The translations under genes and the position numbers were made by a program. 64,000 nt of DNA from Mustelus asterias (taxonomy: Eukaryota). The notes beneath the pieces were generated by a model, which saw only the letters and a program-made list of their open reading frames with translations, searched no databases and was not told the DNA's origin. The stretch is from assembly GCF_964213995.1 (NCBI RefSeq), contig NC_135808.1, positions 35,650,001 through 35,714,000 of the forward strand. Reading direction: 5' to 3'. This document shows positions 61,180-64,000 of the stretch, piece by piece (position 1 is the first letter of the stretch; each line of letters begins with the position of its first letter).

Positions 61180-64000
61180 GTCTATTTGCTGTTGATATCC
61201 TCATTCATGCTGTTGTTGCTTCCAGACCAGACTGGCCCATTCCAATGTTCTCCTATCCAGCTTCTCATCTCCCACCCTCCAGAAACTTCAGGTCAGCTAA
61301 AACTCTGCAGTCCCTATTCTGACTCACACACATTTCACCCCTGGGGTCCCTGACCTACACTGGTTCCCAGTCCCCCAGTTTAAAATTCTCATGCTTCAGT
61401 ACAAATTGTTCCATGGCCTCACGCCATCTCCCTCACGTCTCTACACTCTCCCAATTCTGGCTTTTAGTAACTCACTAATTCTGTAATAAAATTATTGCTT
61501 AAGGTTATCTGCAGATTGGGAATCGCTGTTTGACTGCCCGGGGTTGATAATTTTGCATGGATTGACGCTGAACTCTATTGGGTCCTTTCATCAATATCTG
61601 CAAACTCTGAAAATGATGAGTCAATTGACCAGATTTAGTTTCTGTTGGAGGTGGAATTTGTGGCCCAAAGCTCTTGGGAATTGTGGCTGCTGTGGCCAGT
61701 TCTGGACGTTGCTTTTAGCTCATTCTCTTTTGACCTTTTGAACGGATTTTCCCATTGAATCCAAGCCACTAAGAATTCGAGCAAAGGGTCCACGTTGGGT
61801 GGTTTGCCATGAGATTTATCTATTTACTTGAGGTGACTTTCTCCAGCTGAAATTTGGAAATCAATCTGTCATTTAATCCAACATTTCTTTTGCCCTCAGA
61901 GATTTCCATTAGCATAGGCACCTCATGCCCTTATGCAATCTTCACATTTGATCCGATGAGTGATCAACAGTGCTGAGGAAGTTGAGCTGTGACTCATTGC
62001 TTACCTGTTGGAGGTAATAAACTAGAAGTCTATCTGCCTCGGGGACTTGGTGGCCACTGATGCATCTTCAGCCATGCTCGTTTCTTTATCACCAAAAGAG
62101 CTGTGCAGTTCTTGCCTCTATTCTCCAACGTTATTGCCAATTTCAGGAACAATTTCTTCAGTCAGGTCAAATCTCTTTGTAGTTACATCCTCTGCGCTGT
62201 GCAACATCCCACCGGCAGCACAACTCAAGTCACATAACCTGTTGTCTGGCACTGCAGTGAAGCTGTGCACACCTCCCCATCCATTTATCATTCATCCCTT
62301 TTGAATCCGATAGCGTGGTTTAGTTTTCTCATGTCCCTTAGTCCCAAGAGACAGTTAGCAGTGCCACTAAAGGCCGGCTCAGTGCTGCAGCCAGAGGAGC
62401 AACCTCCATCTGTGGGAACACAAGAGCAGGGCTTTGTAGCTCCTCCTGCAGAACTAGATGTGTACGGATAAGCAACGGCATGATATCTGGGCATGATGGT
62501 GTCTCAGCACTTGTCAGGGCCAAGCTTATTCTGGTATCTTTCATAATACTTATCGTATTTCTTAAGCCTGTAGTAGAAATCTTTTCTATCTGTCCTGCTG
62601 AACTTCTTCAGTAACAGAATCTTTTAGACAGTCTCTCCTTGTCACACAGCACCAAGTATGCTGAATGCGTTAGCAACCTTTTTATTCACCTCACTTTCAT
62701 GTAACTTTATTTCTTCAAAAAAGTAGTTATCAATACAAGATCCCACCGGCAGCAAAACTCAAATCACATAACGGGTTGTCTGGTGCTGCAATGAAGCTCT
62801 GCGCACCTCCTCTCCATTTATCATTCATTCCTTATGAATTAGATAGTGTGGTTTCAGTTTGCTTGTGTCCCTTGGACTCCGAGAGGCAGCCAGCAGTGGC
62901 ACTAAAGACTGGCTAAAGAGGACACGACTACAAAGAGATCTGACGTGACCAAAGAAGTTGTTCCTGAAATTGGCAACACTATTGAATAGAAGCGGGAGCT
63001 GCAAATTATACATAATTGCATTTTTTCCCCTCCGGACCACCTTTAGTATCTTTCATTCACTCATGAAAGAGCTGTGCCTAAACAATAAAACTAACAGTCT
63101 GTCAGGAACAAAAGTTGAGGAATAACCCAGTCTTTCCAGGAAAGCTCAATGTTGATTTTAGTGATGTTTATAAGTTTGTTTTCAAATCCCTCCATGGCCT
63201 TTTCCCTCCCTATCTCTATAACCTCTTCCACCCCTCAGTGGAATGTCAGCCAGGATTTTGTGTGCTCAAGTCCTGGAGTGGGACTTGAACCCACAACCCT
63301 CTGACTCAAGAGTCCAAAGCTGTGGGTTCAAGTTCAACTCCAGATGGATTATTCCATGAACATGGATTAAAGTTGTTGTCAGGGTCACACAGGGTCAGAC
63401 TCTGGGCACTCTGGACAAACCCCACCCACCATTTATTAAAAAACGTTAAAATGAGTGAAGAAACATTAAAATGAGTGGATGTTTACACATGTATCGATCA
63501 TGAAGTCAATCAGATCACACTTAAATAAAATTGTTTCCACTGGTCACCGACTTTGTTTCAATGTTTGTATGAAAAAAACTCTGACAAAGATACAACAACC
63601 ACAAATGCAAAAGTTGAGATCAAGTTTACACTCATTAATGTCAGTTTTGTCAGTGTAATTGGCTGAAATTGACTATCTGGAATTTTAAATGTAAGTAAAA
63701 CTAAATATTCCTGATCTTAAACAACACTCAGGGAGCTGGTACCAACCACAGAAATGACCACGGCCCCAGATAGGAATAATGAGAGTGGTGAGTGCCGATT
63801 GCACCTGTTTGAGGCGGCTCTTCAAACTACACTCCGGGTCTTTGGGCGTTCAGGCACCAACAGTCTGTCATAGCCATGTTTCCGGTCTACATGCTGTGAC
63901 CAGCAATTATTTTAGCAAAATACAGGTCAACAGATAATAGATTATTTCTATTGTGTCATGTGAGCAGGAGAAAAAGTTAACATGGTTTAATATAATCATA

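Overview
Vertebrate genomic DNA, almost certainly from a shark or other elasmobranch (inferred from HE1-type V-SINEs and HER1-like CR1 LINEs). No prokaryotic features are present. The window is a TE-saturated cluster of six paralogous tandem C2H2 zinc-finger units: three clean ORFs (19565+, 48144-, 55379+), one 15-finger open frame with a damaged start (7541+) and two pseudogenes (~30.6 kb, ~59.2 kb). No KRAB, SCAN or BTB domain is recognisable. Each unit sits in a duplicated cassette with a conserved spliced non-coding leader, vestigial fingers and often a downstream Gypsy pol fragment. A CpG island with ZNF143-type motifs lies between the divergent ZNF pair. Mobile DNA includes CR1, L2, Rex1, an Ingi/Vingi-like LINE, Penelope, Gypsy, a solo LTR, hAT-Charlie and tRNA-SINEs. 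The most unusual items are (i) a ~570-bp fold-back whose loop is an exact 29-nt piece of U2 snRNA, (ii) short palindromic Penelope derivatives carrying minimal hammerhead ribozymes with covarying stems and 10-14 bp TSDs, and (iii) the effector-less ZNF cassette architecture. Everything was read by eye; repeat boundaries are approximate and family names need database confirmation.
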